A stretch of 64,000 nucleotides of DNA from a virus (Duplodnaviria; Heunggongvirae; Uroviricota; Caudoviricetes): the IMG/VR virus record IMGVR_UViG_2778261223_000007, positions 12,132 through 76,131 of that record. The stretch is one strand, 5' to 3'. Made by a program: the position numbers and the translations under genes. Below, in pieces: positions 43,172 through 52,386 of the stretch. The notes under the pieces are model-generated. The model was not told where the DNA came from. It saw nothing but the letters and a program-made list of their open reading frames with translations, and searched no databases. Every line of letters begins with the position of its first letter. Positions within the stretch are counted from its first letter, which is position 1.

Positions 43172-44200
43172 ATGAGTGAATTAATTATCTCTGGCAGTTC
43201 CGGTGGTTTTCTGCGCAACATTGGCAAAGAGTACCAGGAAGCCGCAGAAAACTTTATGCGGTTCATGAATGATCAGGGTGCTTATGCGCCGAATACTCTG
43301 CGCGACCTCCGGTTGGTGTTTCATTCCTGGGCGCGCTGGTGTCACGCTCGCCAGCTTGCCTGGTTTCCGATCTCACCAGAAATGGCCCGCGAGTATTTTC
43401 TTCAGTTGCATGATGCCGATCTGGCTTCGACCACCATTGATAAGCACTACGCCATGCTTAACATGCTGCTTTCTCATTGTGGCCTTCCGCCACTTTCGGA
43501 TGATAAAAGTGTTTCTCTGGCTATGCGGCGTATCCGGCGCGAAGCGGCAACGGAAAAAGGCGAACGAACAGGCCAGGCTATACCGCTGCGATGGGACGAC
43601 CTGAAACTGCTCGACGTCCTGTTGTCCAGGTCAGAACGGCTGGTGGACCTGCGCAACCGGGCTTTTCTCTTTGTTGCATACAATACGCTGATGCGTATGT
43701 CGGAAATCTCGCGTATTCGTGTAGGAGATCTGGACCAAACAGGTGACACTGTCACGCTACATATTTCACACACGAAGACAATAACGACCGCCGCCGGGCT
43801 TGATAAGGTGCTTTCCCGTCGCACTACTGCTGTGCTGAATGACTGGCTGGATGTTTCCGGGCTTCGTGAACATCCTGACGCGGTGCTGTTCCCGCCGATA
43901 CACCGTAGCAATAAGGCCAGGATTACGACAACGCCCCTTACTGCACCTGCAATGGAGAAAATATTCAGCGACGCCTGGGTGTTGCTGAATAAAAGGGATG
44001 CCACGCCAAACAAAGGGAGATACCGGACGTGGACCGGGCATAGTGCTCGTGTCGGGGCCGCTATCGATATGGCTGAAAAGCAGGTGTCTATGGTGGAGAT
44101 TATGCAGGAAGGAACCTGGAAGAAACCGGAAACACTTATGCGGTATCTGCGCCGTGGCGGTGTGTCTGTGGGGGCTAATAGCCGCTTGATGGATTCATAA
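43172..44200 (+). CDS. dre: Dre tyrosine recombinase (Cre homolog)
   Basis: 342 aa. MSELIISGSSGGFLRNIGKEYQEAAENF... matches Dre from memory. Tyr-recombinase motifs HSARVGAA and LMRYL; located next to rox. Confidence 0.9.
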   Translation: MSELIISGSSGGFLRNIGKEYQEAAENFMRFMNDQGAYAPNTLRDLRLVFHSWARWCHARQLAWFPISPEMAREYFLQLHDADLASTTIDKHYAMLNMLLSHCGLPPLSDDKSVSLAMRRIRREAATEKGERTGQAIPLRWDDLKLLDVLLSRSERLVDLRNRAFLFVAYNTLMRMSEISRIRVGDLDQTGDTVTLHISHTKTITTAAGLDKVLSRRTTAVLNDWLDVSGLREHPDAVLFPPIHRSNKARITTTPLTAPAMEKIFSDAWVLLNKRDATPNKGRYRTWTGHSARVGAAIDMAEKQVSMVEIMQEGTWKKPETLMRYLRRGGVSVGANSRLMDS

Positions 44201-44217
44201 ATTAAATTTCTAACACA
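44199..44217 (+). promoter_or_regulatory. operator-like site AAATTAAATTTCTAACACA
   Basis: Exact core overlapping the dre stop codon, upstream of the next operon. Confidence 0.6.
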
Positions 44218-44273
44218 TCTTTTTAGATTGATATCTTTGCTGTAAAGTACCCTCGCCTATTTTGGAGGGTGCT

Positions 44274-44618
44274 TTGCAGAGTCAAATCACGGAATCAAGA
44301 CGCTTCACGGTGGATGGTTACACCGTAACCTTCGCCGCTGGTGTTAAGAACAGTCATGCTGTCGTTGTATTCGGCATCATGACCGGGCTTGAGGCCGTCC
44401 CTGTGTTTACCCTCGAAAAAAACTGGCGAAATCTGGAGGAAGCAGAAAGCTACGTCCGGAAAGTAACCATCATTGCCGCCGAAAAACTCCTGGCCCACTA
44501 TCAGGAAAATTATCGCACTATGGTCGAGAAGATTAATCTCGCTTTCACTCGCCCCACTACCGGCTTTATTGCACCGGATACTAATGCAGGTCGATATCCG
44601 GCAAGGGGGCGTCGGTGA
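44274..44618 (+). CDS. hypothetical early protein
   Basis: TTG 44274 lies 5 nt after GGAGG (the ORF track starts at 44262). First gene after the operator. Confidence 0.4.
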   Translation: MQSQITESRRFTVDGYTVTFAAGVKNSHAVVVFGIMTGLEAVPVFTLEKNWRNLEEAESYVRKVTIIAAEKLLAHYQENYRTMVEKINLAFTRPTTGFIAPDTNAGRYPARGRR

Positions 44619-45091
44619 AAACTTATTACCCATCTCTGAATTGTTACCCGTCTTCCTATCCAGGATTGTCCGGGAAGCTGTTAGCTCTATTAGCTAAAGC
44701 ACCTACGGAATGGTTTAAGCCAGTCGTTATCAATCCACACTTCCTGGATTACGGATCTGTTCGCACTCGTAACGAACTCAAAAACCTACTGGCGCATGGA
44801 TTCATTCGACACCGTGCCGGTAAAGGCTATCAGTTATCGATTGCGCCAGAAGAGGCCGTGCGGCTATTCGCATATCGTGACAGCCAGACAAAAGCTCGGG
44901 TAATAGCTCAAATACTTCATAACGGCAGCACCTATGCCCGCCAGTTTGGCGGCGACACGTCGCAGTTCTTGCGGGCGGTGCGATCGCTGGAGGAGCAAGG
45001 AGTTATTGAAAGTTCCTGTCTTCCTGTTCCAACCGTTCCACATATCAAACGTCGGGTTTACACCTTCACGCAGAGAGCTAAAAAACAATGA
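44615..45091 (+). CDS. tandem winged-helix protein
   Basis: 158 aa with two wHTH-like segments (NELKNLLAHGFIRHRAGKGYQL; FLRAVRSLEEQGVIES); overlapping stop/start. Confidence 0.45.
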   Translation: MKTYYPSLNCYPSSYPGLSGKLLALLAKAPTEWFKPVVINPHFLDYGSVRTRNELKNLLAHGFIRHRAGKGYQLSIAPEEAVRLFAYRDSQTKARVIAQILHNGSTYARQFGGDTSQFLRAVRSLEEQGVIESSCLPVPTVPHIKRRVYTFTQRAKKQ

Positions 45092-45582
45092 TTTACGTAA
45101 AAGTGAAACGCCTACATCCGGCAGCAAAACTTCCAGCTTATGCCACCTCCGGATCGGCGGCGATGGATTTTGAGGCTGTTGAAATAAAACCATGTGTCGA
45201 TAGCAATGGTGCAATTTCCTCAAGCTGGTGGGTGTACACCGGATTGGCTATGGAGATCCCGCCCGGCTGGTGTCTGAAACTCTATCCGCGATCCGGATTG
45301 GGCTGCAAAAAACATACTCGCCTGGCTAACTGCGTAGGAATTATCGACTCCGATTATCGCGGCGAAATCATGGCAAAACTGATTACTGATCCCGGCGGGG
45401 AAGGCGTTTGTCTCAAGCCTGGAATGGCTGTCATGCAAGGAATTTTTGAGCGTGTTGAACAAGTCTCACTAGTCGAGGTTGAGGAACTCAACGAAACGGA
45501 ACGTGGTGATGGTGGCTTTGGTAGCACATCGGAAGGCCACTTTGAAATTAAGCGTTCACCGCTTCAGTACGAAAAGTTATAA
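45088..45582 (+). CDS. dut: dUTPase (trimeric type)
   Basis: Motifs AMDF, GIIDSDYRGE and RGDGGFGST. Confidence 0.9.
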   Translation: MIYVKVKRLHPAAKLPAYATSGSAAMDFEAVEIKPCVDSNGAISSSWWVYTGLAMEIPPGWCLKLYPRSGLGCKKHTRLANCVGIIDSDYRGEIMAKLITDPGGEGVCLKPGMAVMQGIFERVEQVSLVEVEELNETERGDGGFGSTSEGHFEIKRSPLQYEKL

Positions 45583-45596
45583 GCAGAGAAAAGACT

Positions 45597-46037
45597 ATGA
45601 ATAACATGGCAACGAAAGAGCTTTTTAAGTTCCTTCCAAAATACAAAGCTCACAAAAAAAATGGAACCACGGTCATCATTACGGATGACAACGGCGTGAT
45701 GATTAATCTTACCGGGAGCGTAACTATTTCTGCTGGTGGCATCACCACCCAGCAAGAAGAAATCGACCTTGAAGCAGCCGACTTTTCTGACGCGCTGATG
45801 TGGCTGAAGGATGGCAAGAAAGTTGCTCGACGCGGGTGGAACGGCGAAAACCAATTCTGCTGGCTGGTTCCTGAAGGACAGTACCCGGCACGAATGGAAG
45901 CCATTAAGGGATATTTCCCCGGCGACCTCGTTCCGTATGGTGCTTATTTCGCCTTAAAAAATGCACAAGGTGTAGTTGTTCCGTGGGTTCCTTCTGTAGG
46001 CGACTTACTGGCATGTGACTGGTTTGTGGTGGAGTGA
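45597..46037 (+). CDS. DUF2829 (Tad2-like) domain protein
   Basis: C-terminal half FSDALMWLKDGKKVARRGWNGENQF...VVPWVPSVGDLLACDWFVVE is a canonical DUF2829 pattern. Confidence 0.7.
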   Translation: MNNMATKELFKFLPKYKAHKKNGTTVIITDDNGVMINLTGSVTISAGGITTQQEEIDLEAADFSDALMWLKDGKKVARRGWNGENQFCWLVPEGQYPARMEAIKGYFPGDLVPYGAYFALKNAQGVVVPWVPSVGDLLACDWFVVE

Positions 46038-46043
46038 TTTAAC

Positions 46044-46820
46044 GTGGAAAATACTAAAGCAATTCAATACCGCTTGCGTAATGGCCTGCTGGTGGCTGTT
46101 AACGCCGACATGTCACTGCCGTTTGACACGATTGAACGCACTATCATGACATATCTCGGCTTTAATGAAGAACTGAATGAAGAGCATGGCGTAGCTATAT
46201 GGAGCGATGCAGAAAGCGGCGTTCATCGTTACATCACCGCCAGGGGCAAAGACTACTCTCTGGAAGAACTGTTTACCCTTGCACAGTCTTTCGAATGTGT
46301 AGCATTAGACATGTTTAATGATCCTGCTATAGCGCAACGACTTATACGCGAGCTTGGGCTATCCGTTACACCAATTATCTTTAAGAATGGCAGCCTGACT
46401 GGCACATGGCGCGTAGAACGCATCTCAAACTACCTTCCATATAACCGACAGTTAAATGGAGTAATCTCCGGCGTTAATCAGCCCGTAGCGTGTGAAAATG
46501 TAAACCTGGTTGTCGCTGTTTTGGCAACCGCATGTCGTGTTATCGGTTTGGCTAAACAGGCATTTATTCATTTCCCAAATGGTGCAGAAGGTAGCGCAGA
46601 GATTATCGCGTGTGATTTCGAATTTACCTGGATGCTACGCGAATATCTGGACCAAACAGTATTCCGTGCCGAAGAACTGGATATGTATATCACGTCAACG
46701 ATTCCAGACGATGTGCGAGCAGAAGCAATCGCTACAGCCAGGGCGAAATGCCGTGCGGCGATTGCAGAACGGGCCAAAGAAGAACAGTCCAATGATACAG
46801 CGGCAGAAGAGGTGGAATAA
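46044..46820 (+). CDS. hypothetical protein
   Basis: 258 aa, GTG start; last gene before the terminator. Confidence 0.5.
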   Translation: MENTKAIQYRLRNGLLVAVNADMSLPFDTIERTIMTYLGFNEELNEEHGVAIWSDAESGVHRYITARGKDYSLEELFTLAQSFECVALDMFNDPAIAQRLIRELGLSVTPIIFKNGSLTGTWRVERISNYLPYNRQLNGVISGVNQPVACENVNLVVAVLATACRVIGLAKQAFIHFPNGAEGSAEIIACDFEFTWMLREYLDQTVFRAEELDMYITSTIPDDVRAEAIATARAKCRAAIAERAKEEQSNDTAAEEVE

Positions 46821-46824
46821 CAAA

Positions 46825-46853
46825 AAGCCCGCTTGGTATGGCGGGCTTCTTTT
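46825..46853. terminator. intrinsic terminator between convergent operons
   Basis: AAGCCCGC-TTGGTATG-GCGGGCTT followed by CTTTT. Confidence 0.75.
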
Positions 46854-47050
46854 CAAATACTGGAAGCACTTTGTCTGCTACCAAGCATTCTCTGTTTAAG
46901 CACAACCATTTCCTGACGGCATAACACAGCAATAGCGGTCCTGGCACCAATTTGCTTACCAACCAGGTATTGCTTTACCTCGCGGCGACTCACGCCATCA
47001 AGAAGCATCTTTAACGCTTCACGGGACAACTTGTTGTATTTACGTGCCAT
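46853..47050 (-). CDS. small HTH-like protein downstream of doc (pdc position)
   Basis: 65 aa from ATG 47050, 8 nt after GGAG (the ORF track starts at 47071). Confidence 0.4.
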   Translation of the reverse strand: MARKYNKLSREALKMLLDGVSRREVKQYLVGKQIGARTAIAVLCRQEMVVLKQRMLGSRQSASSI

Positions 47051-47054
47051 TAAT

Positions 47055-47435
47055 CTACTCCGCAGAACCATACAATCTACGTAACGTGTCGGCGACAGAA
47101 GATACAGATATCTCGCCAGTCGCAGCGCCTACAGTAAGGTCTGCCAGTTCAGGTGAATCAAATACCTGAACCCCGTTACGGCGTAGAAATAGCAGCGCAC
47201 TGTTTAGCGCGGTACGCTTATTGGCATCATTGAATATATGCCCTCTCGCTGTAGCCACCAGGTAGGTGGCGGAGACTTCGAAAAGGTCGCTGATCTCTTC
47301 GTAGGCAACTCTGGCCTGAACTCTCCCGATAATGGCCTCTGCCCTACCCGGATCTGACATTCCCGGCAGGCCACCGTAGCGGCTTATATTCGCATCATGA
47401 AGCGCAATAAGTTCTTCCGGTGATATATGCCTCAT
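47055..47435 (-). CDS. doc: Doc toxin (Fic-fold kinase)
   Basis: 126 aa with [11 protein letters not shown] Fic motif; essentially the P1 Doc sequence from memory. Confidence 0.95.
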
Positions 47436-47656
47436 TATCGGTTAACCAGTTCCTTGTTGGTGGAGTCCAGGGTGTCAAACAGGGATGCAAATTCGGCATC
47501 CAGCGCCGCTTTTTTGTAGGCTTCAAAAGTAGCCTTGCTAACAATTACTGCTGGCTCACGGCCTCTGCGGGTGATTTCAACCTCTTCCCCGGCTTCAACA
47601 TTGTTGAGCACTTCAGAAAGGTTGCCGCGCGCGGTACGGAAGTTAATGGATTGCAT
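47435..47656 (-). CDS. phd: Phd antitoxin
   Basis: [40 protein letters not shown] matches P1 Phd. The stop overlaps the doc start by 1 nt. The ORF track adds 2 codons. Confidence 0.95.
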
Positions 47657-47764
47657 AAACACCTCGTGTGCTCGTTATGTGTACGCAATTATAGGTTTTA
47701 ATGATGCTGAATACCACTTCTTGGTGCCTTAAATCCTCGAGATGCAGTCTTGCAATTGCTGGGA

Positions 47765-48187
47765 TTAAGCAGAATAAGTGGTTGGAATTCTGAGCAGTAA
47801 TCCAATCTTGGCTATGTGCTCATATGGCAGCTCTCCGGTTTTACCGTCATGTATCGAGGCTATCAGATTCAATTCTTGCGCCGCTTTACGAATTTCAGTT
47901 TCTGATGGAACAAGGCGAAAACCGATGTGTAACATTTTGATATAGAAAGGTAATAGTTCGTACTTCACCCGTAACTGTGCTGCCGCATCTTTCAAATCAT
48001 GGATGATTTCTTGTTTTAAGTCAGAGCGGGGATTCGATAGCTTTGCTTGGTTAGACAATAACAGATGCGATATTTCCCCCAACTGTTCCTTGAATGAAAT
48101 GTAAGACTCAACCCCCTTGATGATGAGTCGACCTAGGACAAAAACGCTTACTCCAGTGACAACAGTGACAAAAGCAGACGAACTCAT
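47765..48187 (-). CDS. membrane-anchored protein of unknown function (insert between humD and phd)
   Basis: 140 aa. N-terminal TM helix SSAFVTVVTGVSVFVLGRLII followed by a helical cytoplasmic part; lower GC by eye. Confidence 0.55.
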   Translation of the reverse strand: MSSSAFVTVVTGVSVFVLGRLIIKGVESYISFKEQLGEISHLLLSNQAKLSNPRSDLKQEIIHDLKDAAAQLRVKYELLPFYIKMLHIGFRLVPSETEIRKAAQELNLIASIHDGKTGELPYEHIAKIGLLLRIPTTYSA

Positions 48188-48321
48188 TCGCGTACCTAAA
48201 AAGAGAATTATAACCTCATCTTATCTTCAAGTGAGTAACCGCGTCTAATGGGAGGAATCATTTAAATGGCCAGGGCGATATAGATCCAGTCATGCCTCTC
48301 TATGGTTTCTCTGAAAACAAA

Positions 48322-48711
48322 TCATATAGCAGGACTATCATCAAATTCACCGCCCCTGGCGTCATTGATAATGTGGGTGATCACACCAAAAACAGCATTA
48401 CTACCCGTGTAACCATCGTCATCTACTGGTAACGCCTCTTTCTTCCCGGTGCTTAAATCCTCCAGGTGCTGGCGCGGATACTTCCGGTATCTTTTTACGC
48501 GATATTCCCCCTCCATAGCGCATATAAGCAGTGAGCCATCAACCGGAGTAAGTGAGGAATCAACCACCAGCAAAGCACCCTGCAATATTCCCTCACGGTG
48601 ATGGCTATCAGCTGCCCGCATGAAGTAGGTTGCTGATGGATGTCTAATTAGTTGCTGATCAAGAGAAATTCGGCTTTCAACATAATCCGCCGCAGGAGAA
48701 GGGAAGCCCAT
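48322..48711 (-). CDS. humD: HumD, UmuD'-like SOS mutagenesis protein
   Basis: 129 aa, S24 peptidase-like (LLVVDSS..GSLLICAMEGEYRVKRY); LexA box upstream. Confidence 0.85.
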   Translation of the reverse strand: MGFPSPAADYVESRISLDQQLIRHPSATYFMRAADSHHREGILQGALLVVDSSLTPVDGSLLICAMEGEYRVKRYRKYPRQHLEDLSTGKKEALPVDDDGYTGSNAVFGVITHIINDARGGEFDDSPAI

Positions 48712-48729
48712 AGCGTTTTACCTCAATGA

Positions 48730-48749
48730 TACTGTTTATTCATACAGTA
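48730..48749. promoter_or_regulatory. LexA (SOS) box TACTGTTTATTCATACAGTA
   Basis: CTG-N10-CAG palindrome 19 nt upstream of the humD ATG. Confidence 0.85.
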
Positions 48750-48901
48750 TACATTGAAAAGGCATAGTTTGTGAAAGCGGGGTTTGTAAGCAACGCCGCT
48801 GGCGGCAAGGTCTACGTTCACCTTGTCTCGCTCTTCCTGGCTTTTAGCTGCTATATTTCGATCTGACACAAGAAACCTCCAGGAGTTAGTGGATCAGGCA
48901 C

Positions 48902-49252
48902 ATGCACAATAACGTTCTCAATGTTAGCCGTTCAATTCAGACAATCAGAGACTGCACCAGTGTGGTGGCATCAATCCCATTGCGAAACAGCATAGACGAA
49001 CTGCAAATTCGTGTATTGAATCTGAATCAGGCTAATAAGCAATTGCGCTTTATTTTGACGCTGAAAAGTGAAACAGAGGGGATAAAGCACAGCGTAAAAG
49101 TGTTTTCTGAGGCCATTCTGCTTAATGGGAAGCTCCGGCATCTAGTAAGGCCAGAACGTCAATATCCTGACGTCCTGGCGCGTGAAAAAGACCTTCTTTC
49201 TGAAGTTCAGGATAGGGTGATCGATTTCGTCAAATGCTATCCCCTGCATTGA
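48902..49252 (+). CDS. hypothetical protein (weak call)
   Basis: 116-aa ORF with no obvious SD; convergent with the leftward operon; a hairpin follows at about 49262-83. Confidence 0.3.
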   Translation: MHNNVLNVSRSIQTIRDCTSVVASIPLRNSIDELQIRVLNLNQANKQLRFILTLKSETEGIKHSVKVFSEAILLNGKLRHLVRPERQYPDVLAREKDLLSEVQDRVIDFVKCYPLH

Positions 49253-49358
49253 GGGCAGGTGTTCCCTTCCGCAAAGTAGGGAAAACTGCTATCAAGTTCA
49301 TCACACCATCTGCGATGGTCGTAGCACCAAAACGCCTCCCACGGTGCACGGAAATACT

Positions 49359-49511
49359 TCATCCACCAGGACACTCGATCAGGTATATCTGCTGGTGGCA
49401 GTTCTTCTGGCAATAATTTGCCTGATAATCCCGCGACAGCATTTTTTTGAGGCTCGCGTTCTCTTTTTCAAGCTCATCTACGCGCACCTGTAATTCAGCT
49501 TTCGTTGGCAT
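49359..49511 (-). CDS. small coiled-coil protein (weak call)
   Basis: 50 aa from the internal Met MPTKAELQVRVDELEKENASLKKM; overlaps the upstream stop. Confidence 0.3.
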   Translation of the reverse strand: MPTKAELQVRVDELEKENASLKKMLSRDYQANYCQKNCHQQIYLIECPGG

Positions 49512-50577
49512 GGTCCGCCTCATGCTTTTCAGCCACCAGCGGCAATAAAGCCCTGGCCATCTTATGAACCAATAGTGCATCAATAATGCCAAGCGTATGC
49601 CCCGGCTTAATGTTTAATGCCGCCTCAAGGTGACACCTTTCCAAGCCACTTTTCTCGGCTTGTTTATGATGATCTGGTGTAATAACGTCGCCCAAAACAC
49701 GGCTAATTCTTTCTCGTAATTGCTGGGTGCCCGCACTCTTGATCGCTGTATCGTGGAGACGGTTAACCAGTTCGCGATAAACATGCGGCTTAATTCGGAT
49801 ACGTTCACCGGTGACGCCCTTTCCTGGCGCTGGCACCGAACTATCCGGAATATCCGGATAGTTGCCAGCCAGTCTACGCAAAACGGCCTTAACAGCCTCA
49901 ATACGGTCATCATCGCAATTTTCCAGCGTATCTATGCGATCGAGCATGATGATGGCGTTATCAATATCAGGATTGCCGGTCCACTCATTACCGCGATTGG
50001 ATTCGGCAGCCTGGTTGCCGCGTACTGGTTGATTATCGGCTTTACCCAGTCTGTCGTTGCTGCATGAATGCCCTTCCAGCCAGGCCAATGCTTGTCGCAT
50101 GAAATACGCAATATGTTTGCCGTGGTAATCGTCTTCATCGATGTGAAAAGCGATACTGCGGATGTATTCAATTGCGTTTTCAATGGCCTCCGGCGTTATC
50201 GGCGCTGACATATTTTGATTTTGGAGTGCCAAGACGCGGCTGGCATCCTCAACACCTTTAACGGCATCTGCGCAGTAGTTATAGCGATTGCATTCCACTA
50301 ACTTCTGCTTGAGATTTTCAATTGCTTGCGCGACATCAGCCTGCAATTCCCGAACTGGCGGAGTAGCATATAACGGCACCCACTTTGGTGCTTTATCCCC
50401 GACCGAACGCTGATACCAGTCACCCGGTTTGTATTCATAAAACTCACCAACAGGCTCTGCTTCCAGCGATGCCAGCGCAATTTCATAAGCACGGCGCTCA
50501 ATATTGTCTCGAACGTCCAGACTGCCTATGCGCTCTTTGATTTCTTTAATCAGTTCTTTGTCGGTTAAAACGGTCAT
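49495..50577 (-). CDS. Ead/Ea22-like early protein
   Basis: 360 aa. HVYRELVNRLHDTAIKSAGTQQLRERISRVL motif is shared with the protein at 56007-56618. Confidence 0.55.
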   Translation of the reverse strand: MTVLTDKELIKEIKERIGSLDVRDNIERRAYEIALASLEAEPVGEFYEYKPGDWYQRSVGDKAPKWVPLYATPPVRELQADVAQAIENLKQKLVECNRYNYCADAVKGVEDASRVLALQNQNMSAPITPEAIENAIEYIRSIAFHIDEDDYHGKHIAYFMRQALAWLEGHSCSNDRLGKADNQPVRGNQAAESNRGNEWTGNPDIDNAIIMLDRIDTLENCDDDRIEAVKAVLRRLAGNYPDIPDSSVPAPGKGVTGERIRIKPHVYRELVNRLHDTAIKSAGTQQLRERISRVLGDVITPDHHKQAEKSGLERCHLEAALNIKPGHTLGIIDALLVHKMARALLPLVAEKHEADHANES

Positions 50578-50587
50578 AATTTATGCC

Positions 50588-51043
50588 TCAGTTGTAGCCA
50601 ATCGGATTAACAGCAACAAGAACGCCGTCGGCGAATAAGTCTTTAATGAGGTGTTCGCTCGGCTTGCCTTTTTCGTACTCTTCAATAAGGTAAGTGTCGC
50701 CATTTTCATTGATATAAACAGGAAGGATGGAGCCGTTGATAAAGTAGGTTCCGTTATTGTCGAGGATTTTTGCCTCGGCGATTTGTTTTTTGGTAAAACT
50801 CTCTTCTTTTGTCAAAGTTGCCATATCAGTTTCCTTGTATGGGTTAATTTTATTGTGTAGTGCCCCGAATGGTTTACACACTATATCGATATACAGGTCA
50901 ACTAACGGTTCAAATGCTTTCCCCACTAGAACAGTCACTAATATTGAGGATATCGGTATCAGCAGCACGATAAACAGAATGAGAAACAAGAGTTCTATAG
51001 CCCTGCTTCTTCGCGGATATTCTTTTCTGAATAATGTCGGCAC
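50588..51043 (-). CDS. membrane-anchored small protein (possibly two genes; alternative start 50824)
   Basis: GTG 51043 follows AAGGAGAG. An internal ATG at 50824 follows AAGGAAAC. N-terminal TM helix. Confidence 0.4.
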   Translation of the reverse strand: MPTLFRKEYPRRSRAIELLFLILFIVLLIPISSILVTVLVGKAFEPLVDLYIDIVCKPFGALHNKINPYKETDMATLTKEESFTKKQIAEAKILDNNGTYFINGSILPVYINENGDTYLIEEYEKGKPSEHLIKDLFADGVLVAVNPIGYN

Positions 51044-51044
51044 A

Positions 51045-51260
51045 TCACTCTCCTTTGTTGATCCTCAAAATTTTATGACCTGGCGCAAAAGCACGCGTTT
51101 TGTCGGCGCTTATTCGCCAGCCATCCTTACGCGCCTCTTTTGCACAGCCAGCCCATGACGTACCGATATACTCACCGAAGTCTGGCGTTTGATATTTACC
51201 ATTTGTACACTGGCGACAATCACAGTAGAGATGCATGGTGTAACTTGCGGCAATAGCCAT
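51045..51260 (-). CDS. small Cys-rich protein
   Basis: 71 aa from ATG 51260, which follows AAAGGAGA (the ORF track starts at 51368). MHLYCDCRQC. Confidence 0.45.
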   Translation of the reverse strand: MAIAASYTMHLYCDCRQCTNGKYQTPDFGEYIGTSWAGCAKEARKDGWRISADKTRAFAPGHKILRINKGE

Positions 51261-51439
51261 ATCAGTCTCCTTTAGTGCGCAGGTGGTTTTTCCAGCGGTT
51301 TTGCGCCGCGCTGCCCTTATCTCGGACTCCCTCTCTGGCAATTCCAGAAAATGAAAACAACACCACACGACGATTGCTAACTCTCAACCACTGGCTGGGA
51401 TAGCAAAGTCTGTATACACGGGAGATAAGCATCTTAGCT

Positions 51440-52087
51440 TTACGGTTTTTCATCGTTTTGCTCTCCTGCGTCTCCTTTGATGCAAATGCCAGCGACGCGT
51501 GGCACATTAACTTCCACGATGCGCACTGTTGGTTTGTACATCTCAATCGCTGTCAGCCAGTCAGCGCCAGTCATGCGCTTTTCTGCATCGCCATTAGTCC
51601 ACTTAACCGGTACACCAATAGCCTTCATCGCGATTTCTATTTCCCCGGCGATGGCGCTTTTTCCGCAACCAGTAAAACCAGAAACAACGACAAGAACTTC
51701 ACCTTTGGCTGGTTTTATTTCCCGTGCTTCCAGTTCTGCTATGCGCTTTTCTGATGCTTCAAGTAACGCCTGCTTATCGCGTAGCGCTTCTTCCAGTTCA
51801 GCAACATGGCATTCACTATCAATAAGGTTGTTCTCTGCTGCTTCCAGCTCAACACGCAGCTTCCCTACCGTTAGCGCAATATCCTCGTTCTCCTGATCGC
51901 GGCTTTTGATGTATTGCAGGTTTCTTTCCCGTTCATCCAACAATGCCAGCGCGATATCTGGCGAAAAGTGCTTCATAAAATCGTTAAGCGCATTAATTCG
52001 CTGATCGAAAGGCATTACAGGTGCTTCACCAGCAATTTTTGTTTTTTCAGCGATTTCACGAAGCTTTTGATAATCAATCTTGCTCAC
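51440..52087 (-). CDS. Ead/Ea22-like protein with a P-loop-like segment
   Basis: MSKIDYQKLREIAEK N-terminus, coiled coil, then GFTGCGKSAIA. Confidence 0.5.
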   Translation of the reverse strand: MSKIDYQKLREIAEKTKIAGEAPVMPFDQRINALNDFMKHFSPDIALALLDERERNLQYIKSRDQENEDIALTVGKLRVELEAAENNLIDSECHVAELEEALRDKQALLEASEKRIAELEAREIKPAKGEVLVVVSGFTGCGKSAIAGEIEIAMKAIGVPVKWTNGDAEKRMTGADWLTAIEMYKPTVRIVEVNVPRVAGICIKGDAGEQNDEKP

Positions 52088-52373
52088 TGGTTGCCTCCGC
52101 TTCCCACGTTTTCAGACTTTCACCACAGAATGGGCAAAATGAAACTCGAATAGGCGATTTAGAAAATTCACCAGACCGCAGCATGATCAGGTCCTGTGAA
52201 TGAATTAATTCATGGTTATAGACTTTGTATTTCAGCAGGCCTTTTCGCGTCGTGTATTCAGCATCCTGCTCCAGAGATTGTGCCAGCGCCGCGCACGGTT
52301 CTATTTTTCTGCCATTAATCAAACAAGTGGAGATTCTGCACTTTGCAGCTCCGTCACCGTTACCTTGACTCAT
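52074..52373 (-). CDS. hypothetical protein
   Basis: 99 aa within the overlapping gene chain; C-terminal CPFCGE. Confidence 0.4.
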   Translation of the reverse strand: MSQGNGDGAAKCRISTCLINGRKIEPCAALAQSLEQDAEYTTRKGLLKYKVYNHELIHSQDLIMLRSGEFSKSPIRVSFCPFCGESLKTWEAEATSEQD

Positions 52374-52386
52374 TGCGTTGTTCCCA

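Noticed and set aside
43474-44041. Minus-strand ORFs of 179 and 91 aa within dre
   Set aside because: They are shadow ORFs of a recombinase gene whose product I recognise.
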